DNA of 64,000 bases from positions 32,240,001 through 32,304,000 of the forward strand of contig OZ024752.1 in NCBI GenBank assembly GCA_964016885.1. The letters run 5' to 3'. This DNA comes from Eledone cirrhosa. Its lineage: Eukaryota. Each line of letters begins with the position of its first letter. The first letter of the stretch is position 1. The notes beneath the pieces are model-generated. The model was given only the letters and a program-made list of their open reading frames with translations. It searched no databases and was not told the origin of the DNA. The position numbers and the translations under genes were made by a program. Below are positions 25,942 through 38,685 of the stretch, in pieces.

Positions 25942-26062
25942 CTTTCTTTGATATGTTTTAGGCCACAGGTTTCTAGCCATTTAGCAACTTGAGTTTGATT
26001 CCAGAGCATATATGCTTGGTTGAGGTTAGCATTTTTTCCCTGGCACAGCAGATTAGAGTTGG
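25942..26062 (-). CDS. ARM-TIR-SAM gene exon (121 bp): linker and SAM-like start, ANSNLLCQGKNANLNQAYMLWNQTQVAKWLETCGLKHIKE
   Basis: Translated by hand. Acceptor ttcctttctgtag and donor AAAG|gttggc. Phase 1-2. WxxxxVxxWLxxxGL is the SAM helix 1 signature. Confidence 0.85.
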
Positions 26063-26329
26063 CTACAGAAAGGAAAATAAAACAATAGTAATTATTAGAA
26101 TTTGTAAAATGTATTATTACAATATATTAAAATAGGCCAGATTCAACAGTCATCCATCACAACTAATGGCTTAACCCTTTAGCATTTACATTACCCAGAA
26201 AAACATGGGACGAGCTGATAAATTCCGACCTCACACGCTTACACCTCTCCAAGACAATGTCACTGGACCGAGACCTTTGGCGGTACTCAGTAATAGAGAA
26301 GACCCGCCTTACCTAAATACAAAGTAAAA

Positions 26330-26830
26330 ACCTACTACAGTCAGTAGGCATCTCTATCAAACCCTCCCCCCCCCCCCCCCGTCCCACCACCTCCACCCCA
26401 TCCACACCGCCCCTTTCAATGTAAAGTTATGTTGGTCCCACAACATCCAGGCCGAAACAAATGAGATCGTGTAGGTGTCACGACAAAAAAACACACAGTC
26501 CACGCTGTAAATGTGGCCGTGTAGGCAACACGGTAAAAACCTCCCAGCCCCACACTGTAAATGTGGTTGGTGTTAGGAAGGGCATCCAGCCGTAGAAAAC
26601 CCGCCAGACAGTCCACGCTGTAATGTGGCCGTGTAGGCAACACGGTAAAAACCTCCCAGCCCCACACTGTAAATGTGGTTGGTGTTAGGAAGGGCATCCA
26701 ACTGTAGAAAACCCGCCAGACAGTCCTATGCGAGCAAGACAACCACTCTTGCCTCAAGTGGGAAAACCCCCCCGTCCAAACCCATGCAAGCGTGGAACAC
26801 GGACGCTAAACATGATGATGATGATGATGA
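26330..26830 (+). mobile_element. SINE-like element with RTE-type tail and internal tandem units of about 119 bp; copies at 36803-37325(+), 40040-40430(-) and 25070-25333(+)
   Basis: Near-identical sequence between loci. Ends CAAGCGTGGAACACGGACGCTAAAC(GAT)n. The number of internal units varies from 1 to 3. Confidence 0.8.
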
Positions 26831-27106
26831 TTACTCTATATATGTACTATTGTAATTATCCCACAGAATATCAAAATCTCAGATTTGATATTATTTATTT
26901 TGAGAACAATCCCTTAACATCAGTATGAGCAGCTGGTTACAGCCAGTTTGAACAGAAAGAGATGAGAGAACTCTGGCTAGATATGGCTGGTTTAAATGCT
27001 AAAGGGTTAAATAGTCTCAACAGCCTGCAATTGGCCAAGTGTGGTAAGTACGAATATACCCTTAAAGACAAGACCAAAACCAAACAGAAAGCTGTGGAGG
27101 TTAATC

Positions 27107-28278
27107 AGGTGTAAGAAGGCCCCAGATTAGATTGGATGGAGGTCAACTAGGAGGGGTTCCTCCAACAGGTGTAAGAAGGCCCCAGATTAGATTGGATGGA
27201 GGTCAACCAGGAGGGGTTCCTCCAACAGGTGTAAGAAGGCCCCAGATTAGATTGGATGGAGGTCAACCAGGAGGGGTTCCTCCAACAGGTGTAAGAAGGC
27301 CCCAGATTAGATTGGATGGAGGTCAACCAGGAGGGGTTCCTCCAACAGGTGTAAGAAGGCCCCAGATTAGATTGGATGGAGGTCAACCAGGAGGGGTTCC
27401 TCCAACAGGTGTAAGAAGGCCCCAGATTAGATTGGATGGAGGTCAACTAGGAGGGGTTCCTCCAACAGGTGTAAGAAGGCCCCAGATTAGATTGGATGGA
27501 GGTCAACTAGGAGGGGTTCCTCCAACAGGTGTAAGAAGGCCCCAGATTAGATTGGATGGAGGTCAACTAGGAGGGGTTCCTCCAACAGGTGTAAGAAGGC
27601 CCCAGATTAGATTGGATGGAGGTCAACTAGGAGGGGTTCCTCCAACAGGTGTAAGAAGGCCCCAGATTAGATTGGATGGAGGTCAACTAGGAGGGGTTCC
27701 TCCAACAGGTGTAAGAAGGCCCCAGATTAGATTGGATGGAGGTCAACTAGGAGGGGTTCCTCCAACAGGTGTAAGAAGGCCCCAGATTAGATTGGATGGA
27801 GGTCAACCAGGAGGGGTTCCTCCAACAGGGGCAAGAAGGCCCCAGATTAGATTGGATGGAGGTCAACTAGGAGGGGTTCCTCCAACAGGGGCAAGAAGGC
27901 CCCAGATTAGATTGGATGGAGGTCAACCAGGAGGGGTCCCTCCAACAGGTGTAAGAAGGCCCCAGATTAGATTGGATGGAGGTCAACTAGGAGGGGTTCC
28001 TCCAACAGGGGCAAGAAGGCCCCAGATTAGATTGGATGGAGGTCAACCAGGAGGGGTCCCTCCAACAGGTGTAAGAAGGCCCCAGATTAGATTGGATGGA
28101 GGTCAACTAGGAGGGGTTCCTCCAACAGGTGTAAGAAGGCCCCAGATTAGATTGGATGGAGGTCAACTAGGAGGGGTCCCTCCAACAGGTGTAAGAAGGC
28201 CCCAGATTAGATTGGATGGAGGTCAACCAGGAGGGGGTCCTCCAACAGGTGTAAGAAGGCCCCAGATTAGATTGGATG
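27107..28278. repeat. 60-bp minisatellite, about 19.5 copies
   Basis: Unit caggtgtaagaaggccccagattagattggatggaggtcaa(c/t)... in exact 60-bp register. It gives the 400-aa repeat ORF. Confidence 0.97.
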
Positions 28279-28452
28279 CTCTACCAAATTTACTCGGGTA
28301 CCAACAAACATTGAAGTTGTCTAACTTGATATGATGTCTACCTAATGCTGAAGTCTTTTACTCATATCCTGCCACTGGTATCATAGAATTTCTATAATTC
28401 TTGTTGAAATAATCAAACTATCTGTCTTTAACCCTTTAACATTTACATTACT

Positions 28453-28793
28453 GGAGGCACATGGCTTAGTGGTTAGAGCATTGGCCTTGCAATCAAAAGG
28501 TTGTGAGTTCAATTCTCAGACCGGGTGATGTGTTGTTTCCTTGAGCAAGACACTTTATTTCACATTGCTCCAGTTTACTCAGCTGTAGAAATGAGATGAT
28601 AGGGACTGGGGTCCCTATCATTCCACTGCTAAGTGGTCGTGGAGGTGCCACGGCAAAAAAGCACCCAGCACTCACAGTAAATGAGGTTGGTGTTAGGAAG
28701 GGCATCCAGCTGTAGAAATCAAGCCAGAATCAGTTCCCGTCCCACCCTTGCAAGCAGGGAAAAGCGGACGTAAAGTGATGTTGATGATGATGA
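28453..28793 (+). mobile_element. tRNA-derived CORE-SINE with an RTE-type 3' tail; copies at about 15690-16070(-), 45830-46155(-) and 56031-56350(+)
   Basis: A box TGGCTTAGTGG and B box GAGTTCAATTC. CORE-like CCTTGAGCAAGACACTTTATTTCACATTGCTCCAGTTTACTCAGCTGTAGAAATGAG. Tail ...GGAAAAGCGGACGTAAA(GAT)n. Inserted in a MITE with an ATTACT duplication. Confidence 0.85.
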
Positions 28794-29715
28794 TTACTCT
28801 ACTATTGTATTTTTGCGGTAAATGCTTATCTCACATAATATCAAATTTACGAGATTTTGATGATGGCTTTTTTTATTTTGAGAACAATACCTTAACGTTG
28901 GTATAAGCAGCTGGTTATGGCCAGTTTAAATGCTAAAGGGTTAGATAAATACTGCAAGAAGGCATATAGCTATAACTGTAAGCAAAGGGAGAAAAATCTG
29001 TGATTGCTTGACTCTGAATATGTTTCTCCACTAACTTAATAATATAAATGACAAAGTATTATACACCATTTTACCCCAACTTCTATGTAAGACACTTAAA
29101 CTGTTCATAACCATATTTCTATTGTACGACACAGTTTATGATTTTTAAAAAAATAAGGATTTAGTGAGATTTAATAATTTACTTTTCTTTTTATTAAGCT
29201 TCCAATCGCTCAACATTTTCTGACCAGTTGCTCATTGGCCACTCAATGGTTGAAATCACCCACATGTGGGTGATATCACCCAGGTTGGGAAACCCTTGAG
29301 TAGAATGTACTATGATACTCTACCCTTAACCCTCTAGTGTTTAAACTGGCTGTATCTGGCCAGAATTCTCTCGCCTCTTTTTTTTCTTTTTGTTCAAATC
29401 AGCCATAACCAGCTGCTCATACTTATGTTAAGGTATTGTTCTTAAAATAAATAATTGTTTCTACGTTTGGCACAAGGCCAGCAATTATCCCAGTGCTTTA
29501 CTGGTACTTTATTTTATCGACTCCGTAGGGATGAAAGGCAAAGTTAACCTCAGCGGGATTTGAACTTAAAATAAATATCGAAATCTTGTAGATTTGATAT
29601 TGTGAGATAATTATGTGAAATAAAGTGTTTACTGTGAAAATGCAATAATAAATATAGAGTAATGTAAATGTTAAAGGGTTAAAGCTTGGCTATAATGTTA
29701 AATAATAATACTAAC

Positions 29716-29931
29716 CAACAGTTATGTGTGGTTCATCTTTGGACATCAATAAACCTCTGCTGCCAATTTCCTTGAAAAGACGAGGTAACTGGATTTCGAA
29801 GTCTTTTGAAGTACTAATATCAAAATAGAGACGTGTTCCAACAAGCATTCCGAGCCATCCATCAGGTATGTAGTTCTTTTGTACCATAAGTGGAATTATG
29901 TCCTTCCGTAATCGAAAAACATACTCGGATT
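29716..29931 (-). CDS. ARM-TIR-SAM gene exon (216 bp): TIR end, ESEYVFRLRKDIIPLMVQKNYIPDGWLGMLVGTRLYFDIS...EPHITV
   Basis: Acceptor tctacttacag and donor GTTG|gttagt. Phase 1-1. IIPL...PDGWLG...LYFD is typical of invertebrate TIR_2 proteins. Confidence 0.92.
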
Positions 29932-30051
29932 CTGTAAGTAGAAAGAATAAAACAGTTTTTATATACATGACTAACTGACGTACCCAGCCTCACCCAGGTA
30001 TACAGATAAGAGAAATGACTGTATTGGATGTGTTGTTTAGTTTACAGTACG

Positions 30052-30129
<78 letters not shown>

Positions 30130-30244
30130 CAAAATTAAAAAAAAAAGTCTTCCAGATACACAAGATTCTTCGTTTTACCGTTTGTGCATGGTATATAAAG
30201 ATTTCTAGGTGTTCCCACCCGTGAACAACCTACATTCTATATTA

Positions 30245-30947
30245 AATGTACCTCATATCAATAGTATCTGTACCTCGTATCAATCAATAGTAACTGTACC
30301 TCGTGTCAATATTAACTGTACCTCGTATCAATATTAACTGTACCTCATCAATATTAACTGTACCTCGTATCAATCAATATTAACTGTACCTCGTATCAAC
30401 ATTAACTGTACCTCGTATCAACATTAACTGTACCTCGTATCAACATTAACTGTACCTCGTATCAACATTAACTGTACCTCGTATCAATATTAACTGTACC
30501 TCGTATCAATATTAACTGTACCTCGTATCAACATTAACTGTACCTCGTATCAACATTAACTGTACCTCGTATCAACATTAACTGTACCTCGTATCAATAT
30601 TAACTGTACCTCGTATCAACATTAACTGTACCTCGTATCAACATTAACTGTACCTCGTATCAACATTAACTGTACCTCGTATCAATAGTAACTGTACCTC
30701 GTATCAATAGTAACTGTACCTCGTATCAATATTAACTGTACCTCGTATCAACATTAACTGTACCTCGTATCAACATTAACTGTACCTCGTATCAATAGTA
30801 ACTGTACCTCGTATCAATAGTAACTGTACCTCGTATCAATATTAACTGTACCTCGTATCAATATTAACTGTACCTCGTATCAATAGTAACTGTACCTCGT
30901 ATCAACATTAACTGTACCTCGTATCAATAGTAACTGTACCTCGTATC
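30245..30947. repeat. 22-bp minisatellite, about 31 copies
   Basis: Unit attaactgtacctcgtatcaa(c/t). Degenerate units reappear at about 31795-31875. Confidence 0.95.
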
Positions 30948-32765
30948 TGTAGTGAAATCCGTCCACACCTTGACTTCTGGGTGACATTTAATGGTCACTT
31001 TTTGGCATAAACAAGTCTATGTATGGGCGATCTCTCGAGGTCATCCCTGTGGTTCTCAAGTCAGGGGACAGAGGAAGCGACAGATATAAATAGCCTGTCT
31101 TAGACCAAGCAAAAACCAGTTCAGAGCAGTTGCTGATAGAGTAACGATGTAAAACGTCTGCTTTCTACAGACCCCTTGGGATCTACAGACCCCCTGGGGG
31201 GTCTACAGACTCTTGCTCTCTCTTGGTAAATACAATTTAATTCTACTTTTACAAACAAACAAATAACGTACATAATCTATCTTTTGTATAGCTAGCTCTG
31301 GTGTGAGTTAGTTTCAATAAATTAATAATATAGTGGTTTGGTGTCATCGTGGTTCATTTATATAAATTCATTTTCAGCGTGATCAAAGAACTATCATATC
31401 ATCATCATCTTATTGAACACTTACTCACTTACCTGCACAGATGCAACCTCTGGTCACACTGTATCACACAACAGTGACCACACCACACAGCAAACTACAT
31501 GTGAGCACGTATGCAACAAACGAATCAACACCACAACGCAATGCACTACCAACAAATAATCGCTATACATCAATATTGAGGGCGGTGGACTGGCAGTAGC
31601 GGTAGAGAGTCGGACGCCATGCTTTGCAGCAAAGAGTTACGGCTCTTTATGATCAGAGTTCAAATCCCGCCGAGGTTAACTTTGCCTTTCATCCTCAGGG
31701 GTCGATAAAATAAAGTACCAGACACGCACTGGGGTCGATTTAATCGACTTTCCCCTCCCCCAAAATCACTGGCCTTGTGCCTATATAAGAAACCAATATT
31801 AACTGTACCCCATATCAATATTAACTGTACCTCATATTAATCAATATTAACTGTATCTTGTTTCTATATTAACTGAAGTAGAAATAAAAGAATATGCAGA
31901 TTTGAGAGCAAAAAACTGGGATTTGTAAGAAGAGAAGAAAGAAGAATCTAAATAGACTAAAAGACAGATTGATAGAAACAAAACAGAGAAAAGGAAACAT
32001 TTTAATAAGGAGTAATGGTGTCTTGATGGGTTTAAAACCTCCATCAACTGCAAACAGCATTTTAGACAAGACATTGTACACATTGTACACATTGTACAAG
32101 TCACAAAAAATCTGTAGATACTGTTCTACTGATGTATAATAATAGTTTCTATTTTTGGCACAATGCCAGCAATTACCCAGTGTGTTACTGGTACTTTATT
32201 TTATCGACCCTGTAAGGATGAAAGGCAAAGTTAACATCAGCGGGATTTGAAAGTTAAGCTCGGCGGGATTTGTATAATAATAATTGTTTCTACTTTTGGC
32301 ACAAGGCCAGCAATTATCAGTGTATTACTGGTACTTTATTTGTTCGACCCCGTAAGGATGAAAGGCAAAGTTAACCTCGGATAATAATAATTGTTTCTAC
32401 GTCAGACACAAGGCCAGCAATTACCCAGTGTATTACTGGTACTTTATTTTATCGACCCCGTAAGGATGAAAGGCAAAGTTAACCTTGGCGGGATTTGAAC
32501 TCAGAATGGCAAGGGCCGTAACTCTATACGCCAAAGCAAGGCGTCCGACCCTCTACCGATACTGCCAAAGATCTCGGACCTCATTTGCTTAACGAGTGGG
32601 GAGGGGCTCGTTAAACTCGACCGAAACAATGCTTCCATTGCTAATACTATCTACTGGTCACAAATCTGGCCAGAAGGAGCAACATGAAATAAAGTGTCTT
32701 GCCCGGTCCAGGAATCGAACCCACAACCTCACGATTGCGAATCCAATTCTCTAACCACTCAGCCA

Positions 32766-35700
32766 TGTTCCGTCACATGACAACAATGTACCGTCACATG
32801 ACAACAATATACCTTCACATGACAACAATGTACCGTCACATGACAGCAATGTACCGTCACATGACAACAATGTACCTTCACATGACAGCAATGTACCTTC
32901 ACATGACAGCAATGTACCTTCACATGACAGCAATGTACCTTCACATGACAGCAATGTACCTTCACATGACAGCAATGTACCGTCACATGACAACAATTTA
33001 CCTTAACATGACAACAATGTACCTTCACATGACAACAATGTACCTTCACATGACAACAATGTACCTTCACATGACAACAATGTACCTTCACATGACAGCA
33101 ATGTACCGTCACATGACAACAATGTACCTTCACATGACAGCAATGTACCGTCACATGACAACAATTTACCTTAACATGACAACAATGTACCGTCACATGA
33201 CAACAATATACCTTCACATGACAGCAATGTACCGTCACATGACAACAATGTACCTTCACATGACAACAATGTACCGTCACATGACAACAATATACCTTCA
33301 CATGACAGCAATGTACTGTCACATGACAGCAATGTACCGTCACATGACAGCAATGTACCGTCACATGACAGCAATGTACCTTCACATGACAACAATGTAC
33401 CTTCACATGACAGCAATGTACCGTCACATGACAGCAATGTACTGTCACATGACAACAATATACCTTCACATGACAACAATGTACCGTCACATGACAGCAA
33501 TGTACCTTCACATGACAACAATGTACCTTCACATGACAGCAATGTACCATCACATGACAGCAATGTACTGTCACATGACAACAATGTACCTTCACATGAC
33601 AACAATGTACCTTCACATGACAACAATGTACCTTCACATGACAACAATGTACCTTCACATGACAACAATGTACCTTCACATGACAACAATGTACCTTCAC
33701 ATGACAATGTACTGTCACATGACAACAATGTACCGTCACATGACAACAATGTACCTTCACATGACAACAATGTACCTTCACATGACAACAATGTACCTTC
33801 ACATGACAGCAATGTACCTTCACATGACAACAATGTACCTTCACATGACAACAATGTACTGTCACATGACAACAATGTACTGTCACATGACAACAATGTA
33901 CCTTCACATGACAACAATGTACCGTCACATGACAGCAATGTACCGTCACATGACAGCAATCTACCTTCACATGACAACAATGTACCTTCACATGACAACA
34001 ATGTACCTTCACATGACAATAATGTACCGTCACATGACAACAATATACCTTCACATGACAACAATGTACCGTCACATGACAACAATGTACTGTCACATGA
34101 CAACAATGTACCTTCACATGACAACAATGTACCTTCACATGATGACAATGTACCGTCACATGACAACAATATACCTTCACATGACAACAATGTACCTTCA
34201 CATGACAAAAATGTACCTTCACATGACAACAATGTACCGTCACATGACGACAATGTACCGTCACATGACAACAATGTACCTTCACATGGCAACAATGTAC
34301 CTTCACATGACAACAATATACCTTCACATGACAACAATATACCTTCACATGACAACACTGTACCTTCACATGACAACAATGTACCGTCACATGACGACAA
34401 TGTACCGTCACATGACGACAATGTACCTTCACATGACAACAATGTACCTTCACATGACAACAATGTACCTTCACATGACAACAATGTACCTTCACATGAC
34501 AACAATGTACCTTCACATGACAACAATGTACCTTCACATGACAACAATGTACCTTCACATGACAACAATGTACCTTCACATGACAACAATGTACCGTCAC
34601 ATGACAACAATGTACCGTCACATGACAACAATGTACCGTCACATGACAACAATGTACCGTCACATGACGACAATGTACCGTCACATGACAACAATGTACC
34701 GTCACATGACAACAATGTACCTTCACATGACAACAATGTACCGTCACATGACAACAAAGTACCGTCACATGACGACAATGTACCGTCACATGACGACAAT
34801 GTACCTTCACATGACAACAATGTACCTTCACATGACAACAATGTACCGTCACATGACAACAATGTACCTTCACATGACAACAATATACCTTCACATGACA
34901 ACAATATACCTTCACATGACAACACTGTACCTTCACATGACAACAATGTACCGTCACATGACGACAATGTACCTTCACATGACAACAATGTACCTTCACA
35001 TGACAACAATGTACCGTCACATGACAACAATGTACCTTCACATGACAACAATGTACCTTCACATGACAACAATGTACCTTCACATGGCAACAATGTACCT
35101 TCACATGACAACAATATACCTTCACATGACAACAATGTACCTTCACATGACAGCAATGTACCTTCACATGACAACAATGTACCGTCACATGACAACAATG
35201 TACCGTCACATGACAACAATGTACCGTCACATGACAACAATGTATCTTCACATGACAACAATGTACTGTCACATGACAACAATGTACCGTCACATGACAA
35301 CAATGTACCGTCACATGACGACAATGTACCGTCACATGACGACAATGTACCTTCACATGACGACAATGTACATTCACATGACGACAATGTACATTCACAT
35401 GACAACAATGTACCTTCACATGACAACAATGTACTGTCACATGACAACAATGTACCTTCACATGACAACAATGTACCTTCACATGACAATAATGTACCGT
35501 CACATGACAATATACCGTCACATGACAACAATGTACCTTCACATGACAACAATGTACTGTCACATGACAACAATGTACTGTCACATGATAACAATGTACC
35601 TTCACATGAAAACAATGTACCTTCACATGACAACAACGTACCTTCACATGACAACAACGTACCTTCACATGACAACAACGTACCTTCACATGACAACAAC

Positions 35701-36500
35701 GTACCTTCACATGACAGCAACGTACCTTCACATGACAGCAATGTACCTTCACATGACAGCAATGTACCTTCACATGACAACAATGTACCTTCACATGACA
35801 ACAATGTACCGTCACATGACAACAATGTACCTTCACATGACAACAATGTACCTTCACATGACAACAATGTACCTTCACATGACAACAATGTACCTTCACA
35901 TGACAACAATGTACCTTCACATGACAACAATGTACCTTCACATGACAACAATGTACCTTCACATGACAACAATGTACCTTCACAAGACAACACTGTACCT
36001 TCACATGACAACACTGTACCTTCACATGACAACACTGTACCTTCACATGACAACACTGTACCTTCACATGACAACACTGTACCTTCACATGACAACACTG
36101 TACCTTCACATGACAACAATATACCTTCACATGACAACAATATACCTTCACATGACAACAATGTACCTTCACATGACAACAATGTACCTTCACATGACAA
36201 CAATGTACCTTCACATGACAACAATGTACCGTCACATGACGACAATATACCTTCACATGACAACAATATACCTTCACATGACAACAATATACCTTCACAT
36301 GACAACAATATACCTTCACATGACAACAATGTACCGTCACATGACAACAATGTACCTTCACATGACAACAATATACCTTCACATGACAACAATGTACCGT
36401 CACATGACAACAATGTACCGTCACATGACAACAATGTACCTTCACATGACAACAATGTACCTTCACATGACAACAATGTACCTTCACATAACAACAATGT
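32766..36500. repeat. 21-bp minisatellite, about 178 copies (3.7 kb)
   Basis: Unit catgacaacaatgtacc(t/g)tca. It produces the HMTTMYL, CCHVKVH and LLSCEGT ORFs. Confidence 0.98.
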
Positions 36501-36575
36501 GAATCTGTTAAAGAAAGAGAAAATATATTTAGTTTAATAAAAAAAAAAAAAAAATTAGAGTTGAAATTGACTTAC

Positions 36576-36677
36576 CTGTACGACAGTTTGGACTATCTTT
36601 ATAACTCTGAGAAACACCAATCAATACAACAGCAGACCTCTCTACAGCAAGAGCCATGGCTTCTAAAGTAGACCCAC
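36576..36677 (-). CDS. ARM-TIR-SAM gene exon (102 bp): TIR middle, SGSTLEAMALAVERSAVVLIGVSQSYKDSPNCRT
   Basis: Not in the ORF track; translated by hand. Acceptor ccctgtactag and donor ACAG|gtaagt. Phase 1-1. Matches the TIR alphaB-betaC-alphaC pattern. Confidence 0.92.
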
Positions 36678-38469
36678 CTAGTACAGGGAAAAAGGAATCT
36701 CTTATTAAAATAGGTTCTGTTTAAAAGAATTTTCTCTTTCTATTTTTAAAAAAAAAATTTTTTTTTTACTCTTATTCATTTGTAATCAGTTTCATGGGAT
36801 ATTTCAATGTAAAGTTATGTTGGTGCCACAACATCCAGGCCGAAACAAATGAGATCGTGTAGGTGTCACGACAAAAAAACACACAGTCCACGCTGTAAAT
36901 GTGGCCGTGTAGGCAACACGGTAAAAACCTCCCAGCCCCACACTGTAAATGTGGTTGGTGTTAGGAAGGGCATCCAGCTGTAGAGAACCCGCCAGACAGT
37001 CCACGCTGTAATGTGGCCGTGTAGGCAACACGGTAAAAACCTCCCAGCCCCACACTGTAAATGTGGTTGGTGTTAGGAAGGGCATCCAACTGTAGAAAAC
37101 CCGCCAGACAGTCCACGCTGTAATGTGGCCGTGTAGGCAACACGGTAAAAACCTCCCAGCCCCACACTGTAAACGTGGTTGGTGTTAGGAAGGGCATCCA
37201 ACTGTAGAAAACCTGCCAGACAGTCCTATGCGAGCAAGACAACCACTCTTGCCTCAAGTGGGAAAACCCCCGTCCAAACCCATGCAAGCGTGGAACACGG
37301 ACGCTAAACTTTGATGATGATGATGCCACAGTTTATTGGTGATAAGTGGTGAATTTCTAATTTCATATAAGGATATAATTGTTTCTACTTTTGGCACAAG
37401 GCCAACAATTATCCCAGTGTATTACTGGTACTTTATTTTATCGACTCCCTTAAGGATGAAAGGCAAAGTTAACCTCGGCGGGATTTGAACTCAGATCATA
37501 AAGGGCCGTAACTCTATGCTGCAAAGCATGGCGTCCGACCCTCTACTAATACTGCCAATCCACTGCCCTTATAAGGATATAATAATGGTTTCTTATATAG
37601 GCACAAGGCCAGCAATTTTGGGGGAGGGGAAAGTCGATTAAATCAACCTCAGTGCATGACTGGTACTTTATTTTATCGACCCCGTAAGGATGAAAGGCAA
37701 AATTAACTTCGGCAGGATTTGAACTCGGATCATAAAGGGCCGTAACTCTATGCTGCAAAGCATGGCGTCCAACCCTCTACCGATACTGCCAATCCACCGC
37801 CCTAGTAATTGTTTCTACTTTTGGCACAAGGCCAGCAATTATCTCAGTACATCACTGGTACTTTATTTTATCGACCCCTTAGGGATGAAAGGCAAAGTTA
37901 ACCACAGTGGGATTTGAACTCAGAACGTAAAAGGTTATAACTCTATGCTGTAAAACATATTGTCCAATGTAGAACATCAGACATAATGATGTTTTAATAA
38001 TGGTTTCTGGTTTAGCACAAGGCCAAATGAATTTGAACACACACACAACACCACACACACATACCTCCCCAAACACACACACACAGATACCTCTCCAAAC
38101 ACACACACACATACCTCTCCAAACACACACACACATACCTCTTCAAACACACACACACATACCTCTCCAAACACACACACACACACACACCTCCCCAAAC
38201 ACACACACACATAACATCTAAGAGGGCTGAAGTAATATAAAAATGTGTACTTTCTGAAACAACAAAATGCCTGGAACAAATTTCATTCTCTCCAACTTTT
38301 AAGGATATTCCTCTCTTCAGACAGAGAGGAATCTCCAAAGTTTTCTCTTTAGATGTCTTTACTGTCTCTGCTGCAACGTTTCACACCTGCTTGGGTATTG
38401 AGTACAGGAAGGAAAAGCTACTCCCAAGCCAAGCTCTGTAAACCTCCTTCTTTGATTGGATTGTCACCT

Positions 38470-38685
38470 TTAACCCTTTAGCATTTAAACAGGCCATATA
38501 TGGCCAAAATTCTCTCACCTCTTTCTGTTCAAACTGGCCATAACCAGCTGCTCATACTTATGTTAAGGTATTGTCCTCAAGATATATGATATCAAAATCT
38601 CATAAATTTGATATTATATGAGATAAAGTGTTTACTATGAAAATACAGTAGTAAATATAGAGTAATGGAAATGCTAAAGGGTTAA
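38470..38685. mobile_element. piggyBac-like MITE; other copies at about 26171-27010 and 28427-28943 (both interrupted), 29327-29682, 47193-47566 and 56922-57147
   Basis: TTAA-CCCTTTAGCATTT ... AAATGCTAAAGGG-TTAA terminal inverted repeats with TTAA sites. Confidence 0.8.

Noticed and set aside
27132-28334. 400-aa ORF of 20-aa G/P/R-rich repeats resembling a structural protein
   Set aside because: It has a non-ATG start, is an exact 60-bp intronic minisatellite from a mobile-element end, and related arrays at 53 kb do not keep the frame.
28453-28525. tRNA gene
   Set aside because: A and B boxes are present but there is no complete cloverleaf, and it continues into a SINE CORE domain.
32699-36502. 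1267-aa Met/Tyr/His-rich ORF superficially like reflectin, plus a Cys/His-rich antisense ORF
   Set aside because: It is a pure 21-bp tandem repeat starting inside a SINE, with no reflectin motif, signal peptide or splice support.
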